Shown piece by piece: positions 29,327 through 38,840 of a stretch of 64,000 nt of DNA. The stretch lies in NCBI GenBank assembly GCA_963717145.1, contig OY970325.1, positions 4,384,001-4,448,000 of the forward strand, read 5' to 3'. Numbering within the stretch: the stretch's first letter is position 1; every line of letters starts with the position of its first letter. Under the pieces are notes generated by a model that did not search any database, was not told the origin of the DNA, and saw only the letters and a program-made list of their open reading frames with translations. A program made the position numbers and the translations under genes. Source of the DNA: an uncultured Armatimonadetes bacterium. Its GTDB lineage: Bacteria; Armatimonadota; UBA5829; DTJY01.

Positions 29327-31249
29327 ATGAACAACCGACTCCGATTTCTGACCGCGGCGCTCATCTGCACCGCGTACATATCCGGCGCCGCTTTCGCGGC
29401 CCAGGATGCCGACGTGAAAGCGCTACTGCAGAGCGCCCCATCCTCCTCTGACTACCCGAATGCCGGCTATATCAACCTCATTGACGAGGCCTGGTACACG
29501 ATTCGTGACGACGGAAGCTGGACCTCGAGGACGAGGACCACTCAGAAGATACTCAACGATCGAGGACGCTCGGCAGCCGACGTTCAGATCGGCTACAACT
29601 CGGCATTCGAGAAGATCAAGATCCTCCGCGCCAGGACGATCAAGAAGGACGGCACGGTGATCGATATCAAGCCGGCCGATATCCAGGAGGTGACCCCGTA
29701 CTCCGGCTATGCGATGTACTCGTCCGTCAAGGCCAAGGTGCTCATCATGCCGGCGATCGAGGACGACTGCATCATCGACTACGAATGGGAAGTCACCGGC
29801 AAGAAGACCATCATGGCCCCGCACTTCTGGAACGGTTGGTATTACCAGTCGAGCGAGCCGAGCGTTCTCTCCCGGTTCACGCTGCAGACGCCCGCGGACA
29901 AGGGCTTCGGAAGCCAGCCTTACAACACGGAGATCAAGCCGGTCGTGACGACATCGAAGGACGGCAAGACCAAGACCTACGTGTGGGAGGGACGCAACTT
30001 CCCAGAGGTCGAGTACGAGCCGTATATGCCTCCGCGAGGTGAATTCCTGCCGTGGTTCGAGATATCGTCGGTCACGTCATGGGACGATGTCGCCGCCTGG
30101 TACTGGAAGCTCATCGAGCCGCAGATGAAGTCGTCCCCGGAGATCGATCAGCAGGTCGCCGATCTGATCAAGGGCAAGCAGACGGATGAGGAGAGGGCCA
30201 AGGCGATCTACTACTGGGTCGAGGACAACATCCGATATGTCGGCCTCGAGTTCGGCGCATCCGCATATGAGCCGCACAGCGCCAGGGATGTCTTCGCCAA
30301 CAAGTACGGCGACTGTAAGGATCAGGCGAGTCTTCTGGTGACGATGCTGGAGAAGGCGGGCATCAAGGCGTATCCGGTCCTGCTGTCGGTCGGGTATCGG
30401 GGCGATCTGAACCGGCGGCTTCCCTCTCCTGGGCAGTTCGACCATTGTATCGCGCTGGCCGAGATCGGTAGCGCGCAGTACTGGCTCGACTCCACGGCTG
30501 AGGTGTGCAGGTTCGGCGATCTCCCGGAACAGGATCGGGGACGCGATGTCCTGGTCATCAAAGATGGGAAGGGCGAGTTCGTCGCGACAACCGGCTATGA
30601 CGCGAAATCCAACAATGTTGTCCAGACGGTCAAGATCGATCTCGATGCACAGGGCGGGATCTCATCGTCGGTTCAGTGGACTACCATCGGAGGCGCTGAT
30701 CTCTCAACACGGGCGATGTACAAGTACCTGAAGCCGAGCAAGGTCAAGGAGAGCTTCGAGGGGGTCGTGTCGAGCATCGCTCCGGACGCCAAGCTGGGCC
30801 CGTTTTCGGTATCGGATCATTCGGACAGGGAGAAGAACATGACGGTCGCCTATGAGTTCACGGCGGGAAAATGGGCGAACCGCACCGGCAAGTTCCTGAT
30901 GTTCAATCCGCAGCTCAATCAGAACCCCGCCGCCAAGACTCCGTTCTCGAAGTCCGACCGCAAGCTCGACATGTGGTTCTCCGGCGCATCGAGCAACAAC
31001 TCGGAGACGGTCGTGAACCTCCCATACGGCTTCACGGTCGAGGAACTGCCGCCCGATGTGTCGCTCAAATCCGACTTCGCCGTCTACGAGCGGAAGTGCG
31101 CGCTGGACGGTCGCACGCTGAAGATCAATGAGAACGTGATCCGCCAGGATGCCGTTGTGCCGATCAGCCGGTACGCCGAGGTCCGGAAGTTCTTCGAGGA
31201 CATCATTCAGGCTCAGAATCAGCAGGTCATCCTCCGCGCGACCGAGTGA
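29327..31249 (+). CDS. DUF3857 and transglutaminase-like domain protein
   Basis: Signal peptide; IRYVGLEFG, YGDCKD, FDHCI and WLDST (Cys-His-Asp triad). Confidence 0.9.
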   Translation: MNNRLRFLTAALICTAYISGAAFAAQDADVKALLQSAPSSSDYPNAGYINLIDEAWYTIRDDGSWTSRTRTTQKILNDRGRSAADVQIGYNSAFEKIKILRARTIKKDGTVIDIKPADIQEVTPYSGYAMYSSVKAKVLIMPAIEDDCIIDYEWEVTGKKTIMAPHFWNGWYYQSSEPSVLSRFTLQTPADKGFGSQPYNTEIKPVVTTSKDGKTKTYVWEGRNFPEVEYEPYMPPRGEFLPWFEISSVTSWDDVAAWYWKLIEPQMKSSPEIDQQVADLIKGKQTDEERAKAIYYWVEDNIRYVGLEFGASAYEPHSARDVFANKYGDCKDQASLLVTMLEKAGIKAYPVLLSVGYRGDLNRRLPSPGQFDHCIALAEIGSAQYWLDSTAEVCRFGDLPEQDRGRDVLVIKDGKGEFVATTGYDAKSNNVVQTVKIDLDAQGGISSSVQWTTIGGADLSTRAMYKYLKPSKVKESFEGVVSSIAPDAKLGPFSVSDHSDREKNMTVAYEFTAGKWANRTGKFLMFNPQLNQNPAAKTPFSKSDRKLDMWFSGASSNNSETVVNLPYGFTVEELPPDVSLKSDFAVYERKCALDGRTLKINENVIRQDAVVPISRYAEVRKFFEDIIQAQNQQVILRATE

Positions 31250-31389
31250 GTTCACCGGAACCTGGTATTTGTACCGGTCTTTCGCCATAGGGATTGACAA
31301 GAAGTCGAACCGGGTGTAACATCAGAATGTAAGTGATCCATTTGATGCAAGTCTGATTCGATGACTCCAAATGGATGGGGGGTAGGAAG

Positions 31390-32349
31390 ATGAAGCGCCT
31401 GTTGGTTATGGCGGCCGCAGTGGCCTTCGTCGCCGCACTCGCAGTTCCGGCGTGCGCGCAGTTTGACATCAACTCGCACGAGGATTTCAGTTGGGGTGTC
31501 GCTGGCAGCAATGTCGCCGGCAATAGAGGCTGGGTCCAGTGCGGCGGTACTGTTAGCGCCTCGCCAAGAGTCTCCATGGCCCCGACATCGGACGGCACCT
31601 CATGGAGTAAGGCGGCACTGCAGCTAGGCGGCTATCGGTCAGCGATGAAGAGGGATCTCACGCAGTTACCGTGGTTCTCGAACTTGTTTGATTATACGTA
31701 TTACACTGGCATGGTGTCCGCTTGGGTATATGATCCGTATCCTACAGACAGCAACGATGCGGTGCTCGCTAATAGGGTTGATACCCGAGTCGGCATGATC
31801 TCCAACACCGGCACTACCCAAGGTGATTCCGGAGCCATGACCTATGTAATGGCGGCAGGTATCACGGATACGCGTGGCCCGTACTGGACGGCCTACGCCA
31901 GTAGCGGCTCCGTTGTGATGAACGGTTCGGGTGCCGGCGCTGGAATATCCAGCGCTACCGGTTACACGCTGACCACAGCCGGCATGGCCCCCGCTGTTCG
32001 CCGACCCTATGCCGGATGGAACGAACTGCTGATCGCCTGGTACGGTGACCGCGTAGCGAAGACGATGAGCGCTGACTTCTACATCAACCCCGATTGGTGG
32101 GGTGCGACCGGCCCGATGCCGAACGCACGCTTGGACGCCGATAGCACCGGTACCAGGTACCGTAACATTGAGAGCTTCTCCGGGCTGTTCATGGGCAGCC
32201 CCTCAACCTTCTCGACCAATGCCTGGGTTGATGACATTGTCTTCTCAGGCATACCCACAGCAATCCCTGAGCCGTCGAGCCTTCTGGCTCTCGGCACAGG
32301 CGCGCTCGGCCTGATGGGCGTGATTCGTCGCAGGAAGCGTACTCGATAG
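31390..32349 (+). CDS. PEP-CTERM sorting domain protein (copy 1)
   Basis: Signal peptide; IPEPSS, TM helix and RRRKRTR. Confidence 0.92.
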   Translation: MKRLLVMAAAVAFVAALAVPACAQFDINSHEDFSWGVAGSNVAGNRGWVQCGGTVSASPRVSMAPTSDGTSWSKAALQLGGYRSAMKRDLTQLPWFSNLFDYTYYTGMVSAWVYDPYPTDSNDAVLANRVDTRVGMISNTGTTQGDSGAMTYVMAAGITDTRGPYWTAYASSGSVVMNGSGAGAGISSATGYTLTTAGMAPAVRRPYAGWNELLIAWYGDRVAKTMSADFYINPDWWGATGPMPNARLDADSTGTRYRNIESFSGLFMGSPSTFSTNAWVDDIVFSGIPTAIPEPSSLLALGTGALGLMGVIRRRKRTR

Positions 32350-32386
32350 GCCTCCCACTGATTGAACAGAAACAGCAGCCGATGTG

Positions 32387-32419
32387 AACCGCCGGGTTTT
32401 CGAACCCGGCGGTTCTTTC
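32387..32419 (+). terminator. intrinsic terminator
   Basis: GAACCGCCGGGTT/AACCCGGCGGTTC followed by TTT. Confidence 0.75.
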
Positions 32420-32674
32420 GTCTGCACCTGTCGCAAACCCCCTCGGCCCAGAGGCGTCGAGAGACGCCGGAGGCCGTCCCGAGAGGGACGCAGAGGCCGG
32501 TCCCCCTCCGCGTAAGGGGGACATTCACCGTAGCGCTCATCGGGAACCTGGTATTTGTACCGGTCTTTCGCCATATGGATTGACAAGAAGCCGAACCGGG
32601 TGTAGTATCAGAATGTAAGCGATCCACTTTATGCAAGTCTGATTGGACGACTCGAAACGGTTTGGGGTAGGAAG

Positions 32675-33619
32675 ATGAAGAAGCTGTTGGTTATGGCGGC
32701 CGCAGCGGCCCTCGTCGTTGCGCTTGCGGTCCCGGCGTCCGCGCAGTACCTCGTTCCATGGTACCCCACATGGTCGGACAATTTCGATTGGGTTGTCCCT
32801 GGCGGCAACATCGCCGGCAACAGAGGATGGGTCCAGTGTGGCGGTACCGTCAATGCCTCGCTGAGGGGCTCGTTGGCCCCGACTTCGGACGGCGTCTCAG
32901 GGAACAAGGCAGCGCTTCAGCCTAGTGGCACACGTGCCGTCATGAAGAAGGATCTCAGGTATCTGAACTACAACAATAGCTCGTATTATTCTGGCATGGT
33001 GTCCGCTTGGATATATGATCCGTACCCCACAGATAGCAACGGCGTGTTGCTCACGAGCCAGGTAGACACCCGAGTCGGCGTGCTCTCCGACACTGGTGGT
33101 TGGGCTATCGCGGGTGATGGCGGATACATGACCTATGCCCTGGCCGCAGGTATCACGGATACCCGTGGTGCATACTGGACAACCTATGCCAGCAGCGGCT
33201 TCGTTGTGATGAACGGTGGAGGCACGGGCGGAATAAGCACCGTCACCGGTTACACGCTGACCACAGTAGGCCTTGATCCCGCTCCTCGCAGACCGTATGC
33301 GGGCTGGAACGAGATGTTGATCGCCTGGTACGGCGACCCCGTAGCAGGAACGATGAGCGCAGACATCTACATCAACATCGACTGGAACGACCCACGGCCG
33401 AACGCCAGGCTGGACGCCGGCTCCGGTGTGCCCAGGTACAACAACCTGAAGAGATTCGTCGGCCTGTACGTTGGCAGCGGCAATACCTTCGGGACCAACG
33501 CATGGGTTGATGATATTGCGTTCTACGCCCCATTTCCTGAGCCTTCGAGCATTGTGGCTCTCGGCACGGGCGTGCTCGGCCTGATGGGCTTGATTCTGCG
33601 CAGGAAGCATACCCGATAA
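32675..33619 (+). CDS. PEP-CTERM sorting domain protein (copy 2)
   Basis: Paralog of 31390-32349; FPEPSS, TM helix and RRKHTR. Confidence 0.92.
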   Translation: MKKLLVMAAAAALVVALAVPASAQYLVPWYPTWSDNFDWVVPGGNIAGNRGWVQCGGTVNASLRGSLAPTSDGVSGNKAALQPSGTRAVMKKDLRYLNYNNSSYYSGMVSAWIYDPYPTDSNGVLLTSQVDTRVGVLSDTGGWAIAGDGGYMTYALAAGITDTRGAYWTTYASSGFVVMNGGGTGGISTVTGYTLTTVGLDPAPRRPYAGWNEMLIAWYGDPVAGTMSADIYINIDWNDPRPNARLDAGSGVPRYNNLKRFVGLYVGSGNTFGTNAWVDDIAFYAPFPEPSSIVALGTGVLGLMGLILRRKHTR

Positions 33620-33656
33620 GTCGTCCCACCAAGGGAACAGAAACAGCAAGTACTGT

Positions 33657-33689
33657 GAACCGCCGGGTTTTCGAACCCGGCGGTTCTTT
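33657..33689 (+). terminator. intrinsic terminator
   Basis: Same hairpin as at 32387. Confidence 0.75.
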
Positions 33690-33719
33690 CGTCTCGACCT
33701 CCCGGAAAACCCCCTCTGC

Positions 33720-33837
33720 CCAGAGGCCGGTCCCCCTTCGTAAGGGGGACATTATGGGAGCCCAGAGGCCGGATCCCCCTTCGTAAGGGGAACATCATGG
33801 ATGTCCAGAGGCCGGTCCCCCTTCGTAAGGGGGACAT
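33720..33837. repeat. three tandem 33-34-bp palindromic units (TCCCCCTT-CGT-AAGGGGGA) with 9-nt linkers
   Basis: CCAGAGGCCGGTCCCCCTTCGTAAGGGGGACAT three times; fourth copy at 32491-32524. Confidence 0.85.
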
Positions 33838-33842
33838 CCAGG

Positions 33843-33868
33843 GTTTAGAGGTCTACGAGAACGGGAAT
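33843..33868 (+). promoter_or_regulatory. SigB-like stress promoter
   Basis: GTTTAG-N14-GGGAAT upstream of a KGG gene. Confidence 0.6.
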
Positions 33869-33902
33869 CGTAAACCGAGAACAGCATGAAGGAGGCGGTG
33901 CC

Positions 33903-34082
33903 ATGCGTAAGCGCGAGTCGAAGCCGATGACCGTCGGGGAGGCCGGCCGCAAGGGCGGAATGCGCACCTCTCGGACTCACGGACACGAATTCTATGAGCA
34001 GATCGGGCACAAGGGCGGGAAGAAGGGCGGTCCCAGGGTCAGAGATCTGATCGCTGCGGGCAAGAAGGCCCTCGATGAATGA
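33903..34082 (+). CDS. KGG-repeat general stress protein (GsiB/Em-like), 59 aa, not in the ORF track
   Basis: MTVGEAGRKGG...HGHEFYEQIGHKGG; RBS AAGGAGG. Confidence 0.88.
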   Translation: MRKRESKPMTVGEAGRKGGMRTSRTHGHEFYEQIGHKGGKKGGPRVRDLIAAGKKALDE

Positions 34083-34092
34083 TGAGCAGCAA

Positions 34093-34210
34093 CCTTTGGA
34101 GTGCGATGGCTCGACATCGCTTTGACGAGCCGTGGCTCGACACGGCGGCTCCCCGGACGGCGTCAAGCCGCCGCAGAGCAAAGCGATGTCGAGCCATCGC
34201 ACTCCAAAGG
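34093..34210. repeat. TTGGAGTGCG-family palindromic element
   Basis: CCTTTGGAGTGCGATGGCTCGACATCGCTTTG arm and its exact inverse. Confidence 0.85.
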
Positions 34211-34218
34211 GGTTACGA

Positions 34219-35286
34219 TCATCCCACCACGCTTACCATCAGGTCATGCGCCCCGTCCGGGCGGGCCATCTCGTAGTAGTAGAAGATCCGTCCGTCCATC
34301 TGGACCGCATCCACATACCGAAGCGCTCCCGACGCGTGCGGTGACACGATCGCCGGACCGTCCGGAGTGATCCGGTCGAACGAGCGGAGGTCCGTGCTGA
34401 CCGCCAGCCCCGTCTTCTCCTCGTAGTTCCCCTCGACATTGGGCGTCCCATCGTAGAACGCGTTGAACACCGGCCCGGTGGCTGGGGAGGGAGTACAACT
34501 CCCTCCCCAACTACCCTCTTTCGTTGGGGAGGGAGTTGTACTCCCTCCCCAGCCACCGGTTGACAGGACAACCGCCGTGACGCGGCTCTCGTAGGCGTCC
34601 CAACCGGTCCCGACATCGAGCGCGCAGCCCTGCCACTGGAAGCTGAGGCCGTCGTTGCTCGTCGCAAGCCCGGTGTACGACTTCACGAGCCCGGTGTTGT
34701 AGGCGTCGGAGGTGCCATGCAGCTTCTCCGCGCCGGCCGAAGCTCCCTCCGGAGTGATCGCCGCGTATGAAATCAGCATGTGGTATGCGCGCCCGATCAG
34801 CACGACGTAGGGATCCTTGACCCCCTCCAGGCCGACCTCGCCTGCCGTGAGCACTGTCTGTCGGGTCGCCGGGTCGAAGCCACTTGGGGAGTCGGCCTCC
34901 ATCACGTCGATCCTCCAGCGGCTGTCGGCCGGATCGACATAGCTGACGTAGAGCCGCCAGATGCCCTCCGGCGACTTGAAGATGCTCGATCGCTCCATCG
35001 AAGTCGTCCCGAACTGGTCCTTCGTCGCCGACCAGATGTCGGTGAAGTGGATGCCGTCCTCGCTCTCCGCGATGCAGCACTTGAACCCGCGGTCGGGCTC
35101 GACGCCTCTCGGCTTCCGATAGCGGAAGTAGAGGTAGAACTTGCCCGTCGAATCGTCGTACGTCGCGCTGCACGCCCCGACCCAGTTGCCCGCGCCCGGC
35201 CCCGGAGCCTCCCTGACCACAACTCCGGTCGCCGGGTCAAAGATCGGCGCCGCCTTAGACCATTTTCTGCTCAATGAGTTATCCAT
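34219..35286 (-). CDS. five-bladed beta-propeller glycosidase-like protein with an in-frame 27-aa repeat-derived insertion
   Basis: FYLYFRYR, KDPYV, GLATSNDGLSF and ALRYVD; insert TGGWGGS...SPA. Confidence 0.7.
   Translation of the reverse strand: MDNSLSRKWSKAAPIFDPATGVVVREAPGPGAGNWVGACSATYDDSTGKFYLYFRYRKPRGVEPDRGFKCCIAESEDGIHFTDIWSATKDQFGTTSMERSSIFKSPEGIWRLYVSYVDPADSRWRIDVMEADSPSGFDPATRQTVLTAGEVGLEGVKDPYVVLIGRAYHMLISYAAITPEGASAGAEKLHGTSDAYNTGLVKSYTGLATSNDGLSFQWQGCALDVGTGWDAYESRVTAVVLSTGGWGGSTTPSPTKEGSWGGSCTPSPATGPVFNAFYDGTPNVEGNYEEKTGLAVSTDLRSFDRITPDGPAIVSPHASGALRYVDAVQMDGRIFYYYEMARPDGAHDLMVSVVG
34475..34559. mobile_element. intragenic GGGAGGGAG-family palindromic doublet (MITE/REP-like)
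   Basis: Perfect 37-bp arms and 11-nt loop; ACCGG direct repeat 81 bp apart on the coding strand. Confidence 0.8.
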
Positions 35287-35296
35287 CTCTTCTCCT

Positions 35297-37201
35297 CTAC
35301 TCCACTACCTTGAATGTCCGCGTCGCCGTCCGCGTGATGCCGTTCGACTTGGCGGTCACGACGATCTCCGGCGAATCCTTCGTGATGAAAACGAATCCGA
35401 CGAAGCAGCCGGTGCTCGTCATGTTCTCCGGGATGACGCGAGTTCCGTTGATCGTCACCTCCGCACCCGGAGTCGTCACTCCCCGCAGGTTGATGTGCGT
35501 CGGGCCCACTGGTGTGACCGAGCCGTCCGGCGGCGAAGTCTGCACGTAGAGCAGGGGTGACGCATCGAGCCCCTCGATCTCGTCCGCGATCGCCGCTCGC
35601 GTGTCGAAGAGCACCTGCGGATCGCGCGTGTGATCGTAGAACGACTGGACCACCCGGCGGCACAACTCGAGCGGACGTTGGCGCGGATCGAGCCAGCGCG
35701 CATCCTCGCCGATCCGGGTCTTCAGGTCACGCAGCCGGTTCTCGAGCGTCAGGAGGTACTCGTAGTCCTGCAGGCCGTCTCTCATCGCGCTCAGTCGAAT
35801 CGAGCCGAGGAATCCGGTGCGCCCCGGGTAGGCGACCTGCGAATCACCCGGCGGCAGGTTCCACTGGGTCGCTCCCTTCTCGGTATACGGGTCTTGGTCG
35901 GCCGCGAACCAGTTGAGCCCCCAGTGCAGGTAGCCGTCCAGCCCATACAGGTAGCTGATCCAGTGAAGCTCCCGCGCCTTGATCAGCGGCTGATCGAGGA
36001 ATCGGTTCGGATACCGCCCCTGAGGGTGGCAGCAGGTGTAGAACCAGACCTTCTCCCCCTGGCGCTTCAGCTCCTCGAAGTGCGGCCACCACAGGTTCAG
36101 ATGAGACAGCTTTGGGACGTAGATGTCGAGGTCGCCGAGGTCTTCGGTCTCGATCGCTTCGATCACCTCCACATCGGGAGCGACTTGACGCACACGCTCC
36201 AGGAGTTGGCGGTAAGACTTTTCGTGATAGATGAACGGCTCGTCGGCTAGGCTGGTCAGCACCCGTCCACGCCATCCGCGCTTCGCCACGACTTCCTGAA
36301 CCGCGGCCAGTCGTCCCATGTTGTCCTCGACCGCCTCGGTGCGGCTGTCAGGCTCGAGTTGACTCTTGGTGTGGCGACCGACGGCGGTGAACTGGACGGC
36401 CTGCAGCCCGGATTTGAAGACGACATCAGCGAACTTCTCGAAGAGCGATGTGTCCCACCGGTCCCCCTTACGCTCGATCAGCTCCCACCCGACGCGGACG
36501 TCGGTCTGGCGATGGCGTCGAACCAGTGCGCACATTCCCTCGAGGTGTTTCCAGTAGGCGTCTGTCCCCGGCTTCAGAGCCTCGAATCCGTGACCTGGGA
36601 AGTCCCACCACTGGATGACCCTCTGGTGGCGCTCCTCCGGCATGCGGAACGCACGCACGCGCACCGACATCGGCAGGCTGCACCGCCCGCCCGCGCCGGT
36701 GACCGTCAACTCGCCCCGGTACTCGCCCGGTTGAGCATCGGGGGGAATATCGACCTCGATCCACAGTGGCTGGGGGGAACCAGGCGCGACGGAGCGCTCC
36801 GAATCCTCCCAGAATGGATCCGGGATGCTGACCGGGGCGACCGCGACCAGTTCGTCTTTGGGGATCGTGGGTGAGTTGGCCGTAATCTCCATGTAACGCA
36901 CCCATTGGATCCGGACCGCGCGGGATGGAATGCTCGACTTGCCGTCCGAATGCCGGAGCGCCGAGACCCGCGCAGTCACTGTGTCAGGCGCATCAGCCGG
37001 AAGCAGGACGGCTTGCGCGCTGATCGTCTCGCCCGGCGCTCCATCCAGGCGCAATTCCTGACCGGCTGGAATCGCCGGCTGCGGGCTGAGTAGGACCTTC
37101 GCCAGTGGATGCGAGGGAATGAGTGTCATGGGTGCGCTCCAACAGGGTTGTATGAGGCCTACGGCGGCCATCAGCAGACAAATCCGAATCCTACATCTCA
37201 T
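35297..37201 (-). CDS. DUF4091-domain glycoside hydrolase (GH123-like)
   Basis: Signal peptide; QPLWIEV, ADEP, WFYTCC, GYLHWG and SIRLSAMRDGLQDYEYL. Confidence 0.8.
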   Translation of the reverse strand: MRCRIRICLLMAAVGLIQPCWSAPMTLIPSHPLAKVLLSPQPAIPAGQELRLDGAPGETISAQAVLLPADAPDTVTARVSALRHSDGKSSIPSRAVRIQWVRYMEITANSPTIPKDELVAVAPVSIPDPFWEDSERSVAPGSPQPLWIEVDIPPDAQPGEYRGELTVTGAGGRCSLPMSVRVRAFRMPEERHQRVIQWWDFPGHGFEALKPGTDAYWKHLEGMCALVRRHRQTDVRVGWELIERKGDRWDTSLFEKFADVVFKSGLQAVQFTAVGRHTKSQLEPDSRTEAVEDNMGRLAAVQEVVAKRGWRGRVLTSLADEPFIYHEKSYRQLLERVRQVAPDVEVIEAIETEDLGDLDIYVPKLSHLNLWWPHFEELKRQGEKVWFYTCCHPQGRYPNRFLDQPLIKARELHWISYLYGLDGYLHWGLNWFAADQDPYTEKGATQWNLPPGDSQVAYPGRTGFLGSIRLSAMRDGLQDYEYLLTLENRLRDLKTRIGEDARWLDPRQRPLELCRRVVQSFYDHTRDPQVLFDTRAAIADEIEGLDASPLLYVQTSPPDGSVTPVGPTHINLRGVTTPGAEVTINGTRVIPENMTSTGCFVGFVFITKDSPEIVVTAKSNGITRTATRTFKVVE

Positions 37202-37324
37202 GTCCGTACCTCTGTGCTCTCAGCACAGCCGATTATACTCCGCCTGACGATGCGCGATCAACACCACATATCTGCGAGCAGGGCTGAGCGCCCTGGTTGG
37301 CGAAAGAAACAGAGGGAGATGGAA

Positions 37325-38590
37325 ATGCCTATCATCGCTGTTCTCATATTCCTTCTCGGGGGAACCGCCATGGCCCAGACGAATCCGCTCGACATGACGC
37401 CGGCGATGGCGGTCCGTGTCCAGCAGGACATCGACAAGTACCGCAAGGGCGAGGCCGTCGTCACCGTTCTCGACCGCAACGGCCGGCCGGTCGAAGGCGC
37501 GTCGATCGAGGCCCGGCAGGTCACCCACGACTTCCTCTTCGGCTGCAACATCTACATGTTCGACCATCTCGATTCGCCGGAGAAGAACGCCCGGTACAAG
37601 GAGCTGTTCAAGCGTGTAATGAACTACGCGACGCTCCCGTTCTACTGGCGGTGGACCGAGCCGGAGCAGGGGAAGCCGCAGTACGAGCGCAACCACACGA
37701 TCGCCCAGTGGTGCAGGGAGAACGGCATCACGACGAAGGGCCATCCGCTCGTCTGGGCGTGCCACGATGCGGGAGTCCCGCCCTGGCTTCCGAAGGACAA
37801 GCCGGAGGAGGTCTGGCGGCTCGTGGAGGAGCGCATCGGGGAGATCATCCCGCAGTTCAAGGGCGAGATCGGCATCTGGGACGTGGTGAACGAGTCGACC
37901 CACGGCGAGCGGTTCGGCGAGAAGTCGGTCGTCGACTTCACGGGCGAGCCGGTCAGATGGGCGAGGGAGGTCGGGTCGGATGCCTTTCTGATCGTGAACG
38001 AGTATGGCGTGATCGGCGACCGGAAGGGCCACGCGCCGTTCTACCGGCTTATCAAGCAGATGAAGGCGGATGGAGTGCCGCTCGATGCGATCGGCATCCA
38101 GACGCACATGCACGGCGGCCCGTGGTCGCTCGCGAGCATCATCGAGACGCTCGACTGGTATCAGCGGCTCGAACTCCCGATCCATCTCACCGAGGCGACT
38201 ATCCTCTCCGGCAAGGAGACCACGAATCCGGCGCAGGAGAAGCTCCAGGCGGCATACATCGAGCGGTTCTATCGGATATGTTTCAGCCATCGCGCGGTGA
38301 AGGCGATCACATGGTGGGACTTCTCGGATGCCGGCGCATGGCAGGGAGTCGCGGCGGGACTCGTGCGCAAGGATATGAGTCCGAAGCCGGCGTACCTGGT
38401 GCTCGACGATCTGATCAACAAGCAGTGGACGACCGTCTCGGAGGGCCGGACGAAGAGTGACGGCGTGTACGCATTCCGGGGCTTCGCGGGCGACTATGAC
38501 GTGACGGTGACCGCTCCCTCGGGCGAGACGTCCACCGTCCGCATCCACATCCCCGAGCGCGAGTCGGTGCAGTCGGAGATGAGGCTGTAG
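37325..38590 (+). CDS. GH10 family glycoside hydrolase (endo-1,4-beta-xylanase-like)
   Basis: KGHPLVW, WDVVNE (acid/base), IGIQTH and HLTE (nucleophile); signal peptide. Confidence 0.88.
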   Translation: MPIIAVLIFLLGGTAMAQTNPLDMTPAMAVRVQQDIDKYRKGEAVVTVLDRNGRPVEGASIEARQVTHDFLFGCNIYMFDHLDSPEKNARYKELFKRVMNYATLPFYWRWTEPEQGKPQYERNHTIAQWCRENGITTKGHPLVWACHDAGVPPWLPKDKPEEVWRLVEERIGEIIPQFKGEIGIWDVVNESTHGERFGEKSVVDFTGEPVRWAREVGSDAFLIVNEYGVIGDRKGHAPFYRLIKQMKADGVPLDAIGIQTHMHGGPWSLASIIETLDWYQRLELPIHLTEATILSGKETTNPAQEKLQAAYIERFYRICFSHRAVKAITWWDFSDAGAWQGVAAGLVRKDMSPKPAYLVLDDLINKQWTTVSEGRTKSDGVYAFRGFAGDYDVTVTAPSGETSTVRIHIPERESVQSEMRL

Positions 38591-38738
38591 GGGCGTGCCT
38601 TGTGCCGCCCGTAACCCGACCACCGTCAGTCCTGAGTGCGCCGGTGAATGACGGCGTGTAACGAAGGACGGCTCGGTGCATCAAGGCCGTCCTTCGTTAC
38701 ACGCCGTCATTCACCGGCGCACTCAGGACTGACGGTGG
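38587..38738. repeat. GTAG REP half plus a 53-bp perfect inverted repeat
   Basis: GTAGGGGCGTGCCTTGTGCCGCCC at 38587; arms 38620-38672 and 38686-38738. Confidence 0.85.
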
Positions 38739-38840
38739 GGGCTCTGGTACTCCGGTCATGTTTCCCCGCGAAGTTGACACGGCTTCGGGAACCTGACATA
38801 ATACCCGCACGTAATCGCTCTCGGGAGTTGCGACGTCCGT

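Larger units (their letters stand above)
31257..33730 (+). repeat. ~1.29-kb tandem duplication (promoter, PEP-CTERM gene, terminator)
   Basis: Near-identical upstream blocks (from about 31257 and 32543) and identical terminator hairpins at 32387 and 33657. Confidence 0.9.

Noticed and set aside
33720-33837. Possible CRISPR array
   Set aside because: The linkers are only 9 nt, there are three units, there are no cas genes, and a dispersed copy exists at 32491; it fits a REP-like repeat
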